A stretch of DNA of 44,761 bases from Promethearchaeota archaeon (GCA_048940645.1 JBHLOI010000030.1:1-44761), one strand, 5' to 3'. Shown: positions 19,097 through 28,306, numbered from the stretch's first letter. Numbers and translations: made by a program. Notes: a model not told the origin generated them from the letters alone.

Positions 19097-20397
19097 TTTA
19101 ATTTATTAAATAGAATTAATTTTTGATAAAGTTTATCAGTCTTTTTAGCTATAGCATCCCATTTATGACTTTCAAATACCTTTTTCTTTCCTTGTGACCC
19201 TAGGGCTTTTTTTATTCTCTTTTTCTTTAAGAGATAAATTATTTTTTCTGCAATGTCAATATGATTGTCAAACTCTACTAATAATCCATCTATATTATTT
19301 CTTATCACTTCAGGAGTCGCTCCAATATTTGCTCCTATAACTGGTTTTCCTGAAGCCCATGCCTCTAAAAATGCAATACCAAAAGCATCACTTCTACTTG
19401 GCATCACATACAGATCAGTTTCTATGAACGCAGCAATCTTTTTTTTATCATAATATCCAGTAAGATTATCAGGTGTGAAGTTTATGATTCGTAGATTCTT
19501 CATCTTATTTATCTTTGAAAGTTCCATGTTAAAAGCAGTAGTTGACGGGCCAATAAATACGAAATAGATTTTACTATACCTCTTAATAATAAATGGGATA
19601 GCTTTTAAAATCGATATTGCTCCTTTCTCATAGTTTTTGTAACCACAGAAGAGAACCATCTTGAATTTTCTTTCATTGGGTTTAAAAAATTTCTGCTTAA
19701 AGTTATAGATTTCCGTGTTATTAGGATTTGGATTAAATTTTTCATAATCTACTCCCATTGGAATAACTTCTATAGATGATTTGGGGAATTGTAATAATGT
19801 CGTTAATTTTCTCTTTTCCAAATTTGTACAAGCTATTAACATATCAAATTTCTTTAATACACTTAAGAAATCTGAATTTAAATATCTAGGATTGGAAAAG
19901 TGAAAAAAAGGAGTACAAATAGTTGGTTTATTTGTTAGTTTTCCTAATATTAAACTAATTATAAGATTAAAGTAAGGATAAAAAGTAGTATGGATCAAAT
20001 CATAGTTTTGATTTTTACTATTTAAAAAAAAATTGATCAAATCATACAGATATGGCCCATTTTTTAGATATGCTTTTAATGAGTCATCAGATATATCTAA
20101 TATTCTATAAGCAGGAATTCTTTTTACTTTTTTTATCTTATCATTAAGTGAATTATTATAATTTATAGAATAACGGTTAATACTCAAATTATTTACGTTA
20201 TTGAAATATTTATTATTACTTTTAATGACTTTTCCTTTAGAATCTCTTAAACTTTTAAAATCTACTCCGTTTGATGTAAAAATATCTATCACGTAGTTAT
20301 ATTTAGATGTTAATATCTCTGCCATTCGTTGCATATAGAATTCTGCTCCTGAAATCGCTGGGAAATATCTCGTTGGTAAATATAAAATTTTACTCAA
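19093..20397 (-). CDS. Glycosyltransferase family 4
   Basis: YFP.ISGAE, IPMGVD, EKG, PSRSDAFGIAFLEAW..GKPVI. Confidence 0.93.
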   Translation of the reverse strand: MSKILYLPTRYFPAISGAEFYMQRMAEILTSKYNYVIDIFTSNGVDFKSLRDSKGKVIKSNNKYFNNVNNLSINRYSINYNNSLNDKIKKVKRIPAYRILDISDDSLKAYLKNGPYLYDLINFFLNSKNQNYDLIHTTFYPYFNLIISLILGKLTNKPTICTPFFHFSNPRYLNSDFLSVLKKFDMLIACTNLEKRKLTTLLQFPKSSIEVIPMGVDYEKFNPNPNNTEIYNFKQKFFKPNERKFKMVLFCGYKNYEKGAISILKAIPFIIKRYSKIYFVFIGPSTTAFNMELSKINKMKNLRIINFTPDNLTGYYDKKKIAAFIETDLYVMPSRSDAFGIAFLEAWASGKPVIGANIGATPEVIRNNIDGLLVEFDNHIDIAEKIIYLLKKKRIKKALGSQGKKKVFESHKWDAIAKKTDKLYQKLILFNKLK

Positions 20398-20446
20398 ATT
20401 AATGATCCTTATTACTAATTATTGCTAATAATAATATGAATTACAT

Positions 20447-20842
20447 ATGACTAAAGATTTACTGAGTAACTTTTTGCAAATTCTTAAGAAAAAGAGAGCT
20501 ATGGATGATGAGCTAATTAATTATTTAGAAGATATTTTACCAAATAAGTCACAAAAAGTATTAGAAGTTATAAATAAGGGAGTCTCTAAATATATTTACA
20601 AGCCTTCTAATCGAACTGTTTGGATAACATTAGGAGAAAATTGTGAACACCTAATATACCCAAATATATTTTGCTCTTGCCAAGATTTTTATAAAAACGT
20701 AGTTGTTAAAAGAAAGCGGAATTTCTGTAAACACATTCTAGCACAAATTATTTGTGATGCATTAAATCTATATAAGGAAGTTGAATTAAAAGATGAAGAT
20801 TTTAAGAAATTATTAAATGATTTAGATATGAAATTCCAATAA
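20447..20842 (+). CDS. SWIM zinc-finger protein (SWS1/ZSWIM7-like)
   Basis: FCSCQDF...CKHILA. Confidence 0.85.
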   Translation: MTKDLLSNFLQILKKKRAMDDELINYLEDILPNKSQKVLEVINKGVSKYIYKPSNRTVWITLGENCEHLIYPNIFCSCQDFYKNVVVKRKRNFCKHILAQIICDALNLYKEVELKDEDFKKLLNDLDMKFQ

Positions 20843-21496
20843 TTCAGCAGAGTTCACTGCTTTTCGTACGAGATTATGAATTGCTATTTTAGATTCGCTA
20901 TTTTGGATTTCATGCAATTTTGCATGGGTTTCAGGAAATTGTGGATTATAATGGCATGAAATCGATAAATTTGAACTAATTTCATATAGCCCAAGCTTTT
21001 TATTCAAATTAATAACTTCTAACTTATCCCATCCAATAAGAGGCCTCATAATCACATAATCTTCAATGAGATTATTGTATGCATATATATTGTCTAAGGT
21101 TTGACTAGCTTGTTCTCCTAAAATATCTCCAGTAACTATTAGATTTGTGTTTTCTATTGCTGCAATTTTAATTGCAATTCGTATCATTAGTCGTTTACAT
21201 AGAATGCATGTTAATTTTCTTTCACATAATTGTTTTAGTAGATTTAAATTTAAGTCATGTCTAATAAAATATATTTTAAACTTATTTTTTCCATATTTCG
21301 CTAAGATTTTAACTATTTCAACAACTTTTTCCTTCATTATTAGATTTTGATTATTAAAAGTCAAAAAAGTTAGAAATACTGGATGGAAGTTTTTTTTTAT
21401 CATTAAATATGCTGCTACAGGGCTATCTAAGCCTGTTGATAATAACGAAACAATTTTCTTCACATTTTGTCCCGAGTTTTTTAAATTATTTAGCAA
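20822..21496 (-). CDS. ThiI-like sulfurtransferase, PP-loop domain only (no THUMP)
   Basis: LLSTGLDSPVA, CILCKR.M, IVTGD.LGEQASQT, RPLIG.DK.E. Confidence 0.85.
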   Translation of the reverse strand: MLNNLKNSGQNVKKIVSLLSTGLDSPVAAYLMIKKNFHPVFLTFLTFNNQNLIMKEKVVEIVKILAKYGKNKFKIYFIRHDLNLNLLKQLCERKLTCILCKRLMIRIAIKIAAIENTNLIVTGDILGEQASQTLDNIYAYNNLIEDYVIMRPLIGWDKLEVINLNKKLGLYEISSNLSISCHYNPQFPETHAKLHEIQNSESKIAIHNLVRKAVNSAELLEFHI

Positions 21497-22079
21497 TTAT
21501 TTCTTTCCTATCCCATTTTCTTAAATAATTATTAAAATTTTCTAATGTAATTTCACGTGGAATTATGATCTTTCTTTCATACTCCCATCTTTTTATTTTT
21601 AACTGTAATTTCTTGTTTTTTTTGTAGAATTTTTGCGCTTTAGGGAACTCATCTTTAAATACTTCTTCTAACTGTTTTATACCTATATTTTTTAACTCTT
21701 CGTAATTATTAATAACATAATTACATAATGGATCTATTGATATTTGAAAATTGAAGGCATCTATACGTTTTAAAGCTAATGGATATGCTTGACAAGCTAT
21801 TGGTTTTTTTTCATGTATTATGCAGCCTTTTAAAGAATTATAAAAGGGACACCTTTTTTCAAAATTATCTAAATTTATTTTATATGTAATAACAATAATT
21901 TCCTTATTTTTTATATCAGGAAATACTAAATCTTCTATAACGCTAAATTTAATGTCGTTTTTTTCTGCAATTTCTATTAAATAATCAACTTCTTCTGGAT
22001 AAATAGGTATCCTTTTCAAACCTGGATTTTGAGTAATTTCATGACAACAAGTCCCACATTTTAAACATTGATATCTTAT
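21486..22079 (-). CDS. YkgJ/CxxCxxCC cysteine-cluster protein (extended to an ATA start at 22079)
   Basis: Upstream in-frame IRYQCLKCGTCCH, then CPF...C.IHE.KP.AC.AYP. Confidence 0.85.
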   Translation of the reverse strand: MRYQCLKCGTCCHEITQNPGLKRIPIYPEEVDYLIEIAEKNDIKFSVIEDLVFPDIKNKEIIVITYKINLDNFEKRCPFYNSLKGCIIHEKKPIACQAYPLALKRIDAFNFQISIDPLCNYVINNYEELKNIGIKQLEEVFKDEFPKAQKFYKKNKKLQLKIKRWEYERKIIIPREITLENFNNYLRKWDRKEIIAK

Positions 22080-22278
22080 TTAAATCACTGGCTTTGGTTA
22101 ACTTGTTCTATAAAAGAAAGATATTATTCCATTTATACTATCTAAAATTCCTTATCAATTAATCTTTGTGATATTATGAAAATATTACTTTAATAGTAAA
22201 TCATGTGTCTATTAGGATAACACATTGTTTTTAAAGATAAGATTTTAACTCTTTTTATAATGAAAAAATTGGCTAAAA

Positions 22279-23100
22279 ATGAAAATGTCTGAAAATGGAA
22301 TAAGGATCATAACTCATATTAATATCTCTAAAGATGAATTTAAAAATCCGATTTGCATTTTGGGAATGCCGGGAATTGCTGATGTAGGAAAATTTGCTTT
22401 AGATTCGCTAATTGGTCAGCTTGATGCAAAAAATTTTATGGATATCATTTTTGACGATTATCCAGCAGGAGCAATTGTAGATGATAGCATTCTTTCTGCT
22501 CCAAAAGCAGAAATCTTGTATTGGAAAGACCCGAATAACTTAAGAGATATAATCCTCATTACTGCTGATGCCCAAAGTTTAACACCAAAAGGCATATATA
22601 ATATATCTAACTTTATTACAGAAATAATCCATAAATACAACATTAAACTAATTATAGCTTTAGGAGCTTATCCAGTAAGTCGTCGAAAGATAAATACGAA
22701 GATACCAAAAATCTATGCAAGTTCTACAAATCGAGAGTTATTAATCGATTTTTTAATTGAAAATAAATGTGATAAAATTCAAAAAGGAGTGATTATTGGA
22801 GCTAATGGCTTAATACCTACTTTAGCAAAAGCAAGATTTAATATAGATGGGATAGTGCTTTTGGCTGAGACAGATAACCTCGCAATGATTAATGAAGATA
22901 TTACTGATTTAAAAGCATCAATAACGCTTTTAGAAATGCTTAAACGATCATTTACCTTACCGATTAAAAATAAATATTCTCTTGAAAATCTTGACGATAT
23001 TACAAAAAATTTACAAAGTAAAAAAGATCAATTAGAAAGAGACTTGGATACATTTCAATTCGCTGATACAGATGATAAGAAGAAATCTTTATATATTTAA
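22279..23100 (+). CDS. PAC2-family proteasome assembly chaperone (PbaA/PbaB-like)
   Basis: GMPGIADVGK, DAQ, LG, IIGANGL; C-terminal HbYX motif (LYI). Confidence 0.88.
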   Translation: MKMSENGIRIITHINISKDEFKNPICILGMPGIADVGKFALDSLIGQLDAKNFMDIIFDDYPAGAIVDDSILSAPKAEILYWKDPNNLRDIILITADAQSLTPKGIYNISNFITEIIHKYNIKLIIALGAYPVSRRKINTKIPKIYASSTNRELLIDFLIENKCDKIQKGVIIGANGLIPTLAKARFNIDGIVLLAETDNLAMINEDITDLKASITLLEMLKRSFTLPIKNKYSLENLDDITKNLQSKKDQLERDLDTFQFADTDDKKKSLYI

Positions 23101-23181
23101 TTAATTTGATTACATAAAATGATTCCTGTTTAATCTTGTTTTTACGAAAAATATTTTAATTATGGTATATTTTAGGAAATT

Positions 23182-23331
23182 ATGAAATATGTATGTGCGA
23201 GAAAAAGTTGTGGGAAAGAAGTTTCTAAAAAAGAACTTAATGCGCTTCCTGGTATTAAATGTTCCCACTGTGGTTTTCGCATACTCTTTAAGAAAAGACC
23301 TGATGTTATTAAAAGGATAAAAATTAGATAA
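23182..23331 (+). CDS. rpoP: RNA polymerase subunit Rpo12/P (49 aa, absent from the ORF track)
   Basis: Hand translation MKYVCARKSCGKEVSKKELNALPGIKCSHCGFRILFKKRPDVIKRIKIR*. Confidence 0.92.
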   Translation: MKYVCARKSCGKEVSKKELNALPGIKCSHCGFRILFKKRPDVIKRIKIR

Positions 23332-23374
23332 TTTCTTAAATCTAATTAATTCAAATCTAATTTATAAAGAATTA

Positions 23375-24304
23375 TTAAAGATTCAATTCAAATTTTAGAT
23401 GACCTAATAATTCTTTATAGCGATTGCGAATGGTAGCTTCAGTAACACCTGCAGCTAATGATATTTCTTTTTGAGTACGGCGTTCACCCTCTTGTATTGC
23501 TGCAACATATAATGCAGCCCCTGCAAGACCTGTTGGAGCTTTACCCGCAGTGATATGGTATTTTTTTGCTAATTTTAAAAGTTCAGCTGCACGATTTTGG
23601 GTTCTTCCAGAAAGTTTTAATTCAGCGCAGAATCGGGGTATGAAGTTTATTGGAGAAGAGACATGTATATTGATTTTTAATTCACTTAATATTAAACGAT
23701 AACATCGTGCAATTTTTTTTTTATCTACCATAGCAAACTCTATGAAATCATCTAAAGTTTTTGGAATATTATTTAATCTACAAGATAGGTATATTGAGGC
23801 AATTAACATTGCTTCAATAGATCTTCCCCTTATTAAGTTCTTTTGTGCCATTTTTCTGTATATGTGAGCCGCTGATTCCTTAATATCCTTTGATAAGTTC
23901 AACTGTGAAGCAAATCGATCTAACTCATTCATGGCATATGCCAAATTACGATCAATTGATTTATTCGTACGTGTTCGAACATGCCATTTCCTTAAGCGGT
24001 AAACTTCTGCTTTCATTTTTGGACTTATACTCTTTCCAAATGCATCTTTGTTTTTCCAGCCAATCATAGTACTAAGTCCTTTGTCATGCAATGTGAGTGT
24101 TGTAGGTGCTCCTACTCTTACTTTTTTATTAGCTTCTTCTGATGAAAAAGCTCTCCATTCTGGACCAGAATCAATAATTTTTTGTCTCAAAACTAGACCA
24201 CATACATTGCATACAATCTCGCCCCGCGCCTCATCAGATATTAAATTAGCATTTCCACATTCTGGGCATAAATTTATAATATTTTGAGGCATTGAAAGAT
24301 CCAA
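23375..24304 (-). CDS. tfb: Transcription initiation factor IIB
   Basis: CPECG..CNVCG, GPEWRAF, HDKGLST, RGRS, GK.P.GLA, TIRNRYKEL. Confidence 0.98.
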   Translation of the reverse strand: MDLSMPQNIINLCPECGNANLISDEARGEIVCNVCGLVLRQKIIDSGPEWRAFSSEEANKKVRVGAPTTLTLHDKGLSTMIGWKNKDAFGKSISPKMKAEVYRLRKWHVRTRTNKSIDRNLAYAMNELDRFASQLNLSKDIKESAAHIYRKMAQKNLIRGRSIEAMLIASIYLSCRLNNIPKTLDDFIEFAMVDKKKIARCYRLILSELKINIHVSSPINFIPRFCAELKLSGRTQNRAAELLKLAKKYHITAGKAPTGLAGAALYVAAIQEGERRTQKEISLAAGVTEATIRNRYKELLGHLKFELNL

Positions 24305-24472
24305 ATACGTCTACCCTTCAATATTTCAATTCCTTAACTTCTATAATTAAACTCATACATTTAAATGTTTGCGTTTTAAAGCTTTATCAGTTAATAATTA
24401 TCCTATTTTTTAATATTTGATTTTCAAGATGTCCCAAAAAATTTTAATTAAATCGAATTTTCTATTCATATA

Positions 24473-24949
24473 ATGCGACATTATTATAAAAGTCACGGAA
24501 AGCATTGTTATCTCCGTTCTTTTCAAACAACTTGTCCGAAGTGTGGGATAGATGTGTTGTATTGGGAATGTACTCACGGTAGTAAAGTTTTTTTTCAATA
24601 CCCTCCTTATGGAAAGTTGATAAGGCATTATTGTCGGCGTTCTTCCAAAATATCAAGGCAAAATGGAAAATTCCAAGTAATAGTGAAAACGCCTAATTAC
24701 CTTCTAAATAGTTTATTTTTAAATTGTCCTATATGTGGAAAACCTTTTAAAGATCTTAAAAATTTAAAAGATCATTTAAAACAGATGAAAAAAAATGATG
24801 AAAAACATAGGTTATTTTTTACTAATACAATAAAATTTGAAGAGGATTTAATAAATTTCAAAGATGAGAAATACCTGCAAGTAAATTCTAAATATAAACC
24901 TAAATTCGGAAAGATTAATATTAAGAAAAAGGAAAACAAAAGTCATTAA
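24473..24949 (+). CDS. Hypothetical zinc-finger protein
   Basis: CPKC..GSKVFF..HYC domain plus C2H2-like CPICGKPF.....L.DH...H. Confidence 0.65.
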   Translation: MRHYYKSHGKHCYLRSFQTTCPKCGIDVLYWECTHGSKVFFQYPPYGKLIRHYCRRSSKISRQNGKFQVIVKTPNYLLNSLFLNCPICGKPFKDLKNLKDHLKQMKKNDEKHRLFFTNTIKFEEDLINFKDEKYLQVNSKYKPKFGKINIKKKENKSH

Positions 24950-25054
24950 GCGTAAATTTTTAATAAAAATTTTATAATTATATTAATACTATTAAATTAA
25001 AATTAAATTATTCTCTTTTAAGGATTTTAATTACTTAAAATTTGATGATTAAAA

Positions 25055-25663
25055 ATGCCAATAGATCCTGCAACTGCAGTTTACAATTTAATGCTAAAAG
25101 ATCCTAGTATTATAGCAGCAGCTGTTGTTCAAGGTAGAGATAATATTCTTTACTCCACAGATAATTGGGATATTAGTCCAGATGTAGCAAAAGTAATGTC
25201 AAGCTGGAGTAGCTTGACTGCCCAATTTATTATGATTTCTGGAGTAAAATATTCAATTTTACAATGTACGTCAGAAAGATTAGTGGCAACTTCTATAAAA
25301 GGTGAAGGACACATCCTCGGAGCAAAGGATGAAGAACATAAATTGATTGTATACCTTGAACCTGATGGTGAACCTATGGGGGCTACAATGGATACATCTA
25401 GAGCTTTAGCGGAAATGAGTTCTAAAGGAAGCTATATGGACCAGAATGCTCAATTAGGTAAGAGCAATGGCTCAGTTGCACCTTCAGGAGCAATTAGTAT
25501 AGATTCACAGTTAAAAGGTGAAGTCGAATCCTTTTTAGAATGGATTAAAGCCAGTGATGGTTTATCTGGATATATTAATTATTATCTTCAACAAAATAAT
25601 AGTTACATAATTTCTGAATTATCAAAAATATATGCTGAATTAAGGCAAATATTTGGTGTTTAA
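25055..25663 (+). CDS. Loki-type profilin with C-terminal extension
   Basis: ILYSTDNWDI, ISGVKYSILQCTSERLVATSIKGEGHI and IVYLEP match the Asgard profilin pattern as recalled (QTENW, GIKY, EERKIGTN..GKGH). Confidence 0.8.
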   Translation: MPIDPATAVYNLMLKDPSIIAAAVVQGRDNILYSTDNWDISPDVAKVMSSWSSLTAQFIMISGVKYSILQCTSERLVATSIKGEGHILGAKDEEHKLIVYLEPDGEPMGATMDTSRALAEMSSKGSYMDQNAQLGKSNGSVAPSGAISIDSQLKGEVESFLEWIKASDGLSGYINYYLQQNNSYIISELSKIYAELRQIFGV

Positions 25664-25774
25664 CTTATTTTTAGTTTTTCCGTTATTTTTAAATAATTTA
25701 AATAAGGCTAAATTATTATAATATTTTATTTGCTTTTATCAATTATTAAAATTATTGTTAACCAAGGGACTCCT

Positions 25775-26221
25775 ATGAAACAACATATTCAAAAGGATGA
25801 AAAATCTAAACAAGATCGTACAACGCCTCAAAAAACAAAAATTACAAACGATAAAAAGCCTAAGTCAAAATCTATTGAAAATTTTGAATTGCATGTACCC
25901 CCTATACCTGAGGCACCAAAAAAAAAAGATAAATTAACTGCAAACTCGCCAGGCTTATCAACTGATTTATTAGAAAAAATAAAAAAACTCAAATCAAAAG
26001 ATAATCAAGTTGTTTTAGTCAACTGTGAAAGGTGTGCAGGAGTTATTCCGATCCCCATTCCAAAGAAGATAGTACTTAAATCTAAATTGCCTGTAGTTCC
26101 TGTTAGTTTTATTCATAAAAATCCTATGGGTAAAGACCAACATTGTATAACAGTTCATTTAGACCATGATTTTGATATTCGAAGGCAAAGGATATCGGAT
26201 ATAGTAATTTCTTTAGATTAG
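25775..26221 (+). CDS. Hypothetical protein with a low-complexity Pro/Lys N-terminus and a CxxC...H...H C-terminal domain
   Basis: PPIPEAP; CERC, FIH, HCITVHLD.DF.IR; ATG at 25775 preferred. Confidence 0.65.
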   Translation: MKQHIQKDEKSKQDRTTPQKTKITNDKKPKSKSIENFELHVPPIPEAPKKKDKLTANSPGLSTDLLEKIKKLKSKDNQVVLVNCERCAGVIPIPIPKKIVLKSKLPVVPVSFIHKNPMGKDQHCITVHLDHDFDIRRQRISDIVISLD

Positions 26222-26254
26222 AAGAATATCTATATTGAAATATCATTCGGAGAA

Positions 26255-26473
26255 TTATAATATAGAAATTAAAGCAATAAGAAATGGTATTAAACATAAT
26301 AAGCAAATACAAAGAATGAAACTATTCCTCCATTTTAATTCGTTAGGTTTTAAAATAGCATTACAATTTTGACAATACTTTTGAGAAAAATCAAAAATTT
26401 CACAATCACATCTATAACATTTTGTAAGTGATTTTTTCTCCTTGATTTTTGAGTTTAAATTAGCATTCGACAT
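26255..26473 (-). CDS. Small double zinc-ribbon protein with C-terminal TM helix
   Basis: CYRC..YCQNC and a hydrophobic tail. Confidence 0.7.
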   Translation of the reverse strand: MSNANLNSKIKEKKSLTKCYRCDCEIFDFSQKYCQNCNAILKPNELKWRNSFILCICLLCLIPFLIALISIL

Positions 26474-26597
26474 TAACGCATTCCAATTTTAATATAAATA
26501 TAATTAAAAAGATATCTTATACTATGATAATTAATTCTTAATTAAATTTAAATTATAAAAAAATTGGTTTCGCCTTTAAACGAAATTATTCTGATTA

Positions 26598-26972
26598 ATG
26601 AGTGTCTTTTTTATGAGATTATTAATAGAAAAAGAGGAGTCACTCGAAGAAATCAAGATATACTTGAAAATTTTTGAGCTTTTCAAAAGTTATCTCATTT
26701 TAATTTCTGATCAAGAGCAAATGGGTATTGGAAATGTGACATTAGCTAGTCCCCCTTTAATAGAAGGAATGAAATCTACATCTACATCTTATAAATTATT
26801 TGGTGTTGAGGAGGAGTTAGTCAGTACAATTATTGCAGAGAAGAGTTCTTATATCCTCAAGGCACCAGTATTACTCTTAACATTTATAAAATCTAAAGAG
26901 ATTATTAAGAACAATATTAAATTTTTAGTTGATTTTCTAAATAATTCCCTACATTCTATTCAAAATGAATAG
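26598..26972 (+). CDS. Putative PAC4 (PSMG4)-like proteasome assembly chaperone
   Basis: Size and pattern (IFEL..SYLILIS, GNVTLA, S..LFG, STIIAEK, PVLL) resemble PAC4; judged by eye. Confidence 0.55.
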   Translation: MSVFFMRLLIEKEESLEEIKIYLKIFELFKSYLILISDQEQMGIGNVTLASPPLIEGMKSTSTSYKLFGVEEELVSTIIAEKSSYILKAPVLLLTFIKSKEIIKNNIKFLVDFLNNSLHSIQNE

Positions 26973-26989
26973 AGAGATTTCTAAAGAAA

Positions 26990-27146
26990 TGCAGAGAGGG
27001 GGATTCCCGAACTTTCAAATATACGAGAAATTTTTCGAACCCCCGCAGTCCTATGACAATGGATCTTGAGTCCATCACCGGTCGTCGCATAAATCTCAAT
27101 TATATAGAATTTGTTTCATGCTTTGACCTGGCTTGGTTATCTCTGC
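26990..27146 (-). tRNA. tRNA-Leu(CAA) with two introns (27081-27122 at about 21/22; 27004-27033 at 59/60)
   Basis: GCAGAGA/TCTCTGC acceptor stem, ATGGA CTCAAGA TCCAT anticodon arm, long variable arm; both inserts form BHB-like junctions. Confidence 0.9.
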
Positions 27147-27226
27147 ATTAAAGAACTTTTAGAAATTATTAAATTATTATAGTTATAATATAAGCTGTCT
27201 AAAAAACTTTCATTTTAGTTGGGTTA

Positions 27227-27478
27227 TTAACCCCAGGGTATAAACATAATTACCATCAATACTACCATTATTACAGCAAAGAAAATACATTGCAGTCTTC
27301 CTTTTTTCTTTTGCTTCCTTTCACGTGTCAAATAATTATCTCTACAGCTCTGACTGCAAAATTGTTTATCCGAAGACATTGCTTTGCCACATATAGGACA
27401 ATGAATGTGAGGACCCCATTTTTTCTGAATCTTTTCTTTCCATGAGGATTGAGACATATTATTTTTAAAAATTTGCAA
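27227..27478 (-). CDS. DUF2116-family Zn-ribbon membrane protein
   Basis: PHIHCPICGK......FCS..C and a C-terminal TM helix. Confidence 0.85.
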   Translation of the reverse strand: MQIFKNNMSQSSWKEKIQKKWGPHIHCPICGKAMSSDKQFCSQSCRDNYLTRERKQKKKGRLQCIFFAVIMVVLMVIMFIPWG

Positions 27479-27537
27479 TATGATTAGTAATATATTAGTA
27501 AAATCTTAAAGTTTAAAATAATTTATGATATTATTGA

Positions 27538-28251
27538 TTAATTTGTTATTATTGTTCCCTTTATTTTTGTAATCCCATTCCAAAATTTGCTAAATTCATT
27601 TAAATCTTTTCCAGAAATGATATAAACAGTAATTTTGCTTCTTTTTAGAATTTGTAATGAAACTAAATCAAATATTCTATACTCCCCTGCTGCTGCTTGT
27701 GTATTTCCAGATTGTTTAAGCATTATATTTTGTAATTCATCGTAATCTAAAGACTTAATCAATTTAGCATCGGTATATTTTTTTGGATCTTTATCATAAA
27801 TTCCTTCAACATCTGTTAAAATCACCAAGCTTTCAGCATTGATCAATTCTGCTGCCTCAAATGCAACAGAGGTAGTTGATTGTCCTGGTTGTAAACCTCC
27901 CATTACTACGATTTTATTAAAGAGTAAAGCTTTGGATAAATCCTCAACATTTGTAGGTACTGCAGGGAATGCGTTTTCTCCTAAACTAGCAATAATTAAT
28001 CTAGAATTAATTTGAGAAATATTAATGCCAATAGTATCACAAAATGCTTCATTTCTTTTAAAAAGGCGTACAGTTTTAATATATTCCCTTGCTATCAAAC
28101 CTCCACCACAAACAACTACAATTGAGTCATATTTAACTTTATTTCTAATAATAGTGGAAAATTGGAGAATTTTTTCAGCATTGATTTTAAAATTATTATT
28201 AAAGAGAAGTGATCCTCCTATTTTTATAACAATATTTTTCATAATAATCAA
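27538..28251 (-). CDS. pyrH: UMP kinase
   Basis: VIKIGGS, GGG.IAREYI, GGLQPGQST, TDVEGIYDKDP. Confidence 0.95.
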   Translation of the reverse strand: MIIMKNIVIKIGGSLLFNNNFKINAEKILQFSTIIRNKVKYDSIVVVCGGGLIAREYIKTVRLFKRNEAFCDTIGINISQINSRLIIASLGENAFPAVPTNVEDLSKALLFNKIVVMGGLQPGQSTTSVAFEAAELINAESLVILTDVEGIYDKDPKKYTDAKLIKSLDYDELQNIMLKQSGNTQAAAGEYRIFDLVSLQILKRSKITVYIISGKDLNEFSKFWNGITKIKGTIITN

Positions 28252-28306
28252 ATTTGATTTTTCTTTCTATTTATTAATAAATAGGTGATATGATAAAATA
28301 AGTTTC

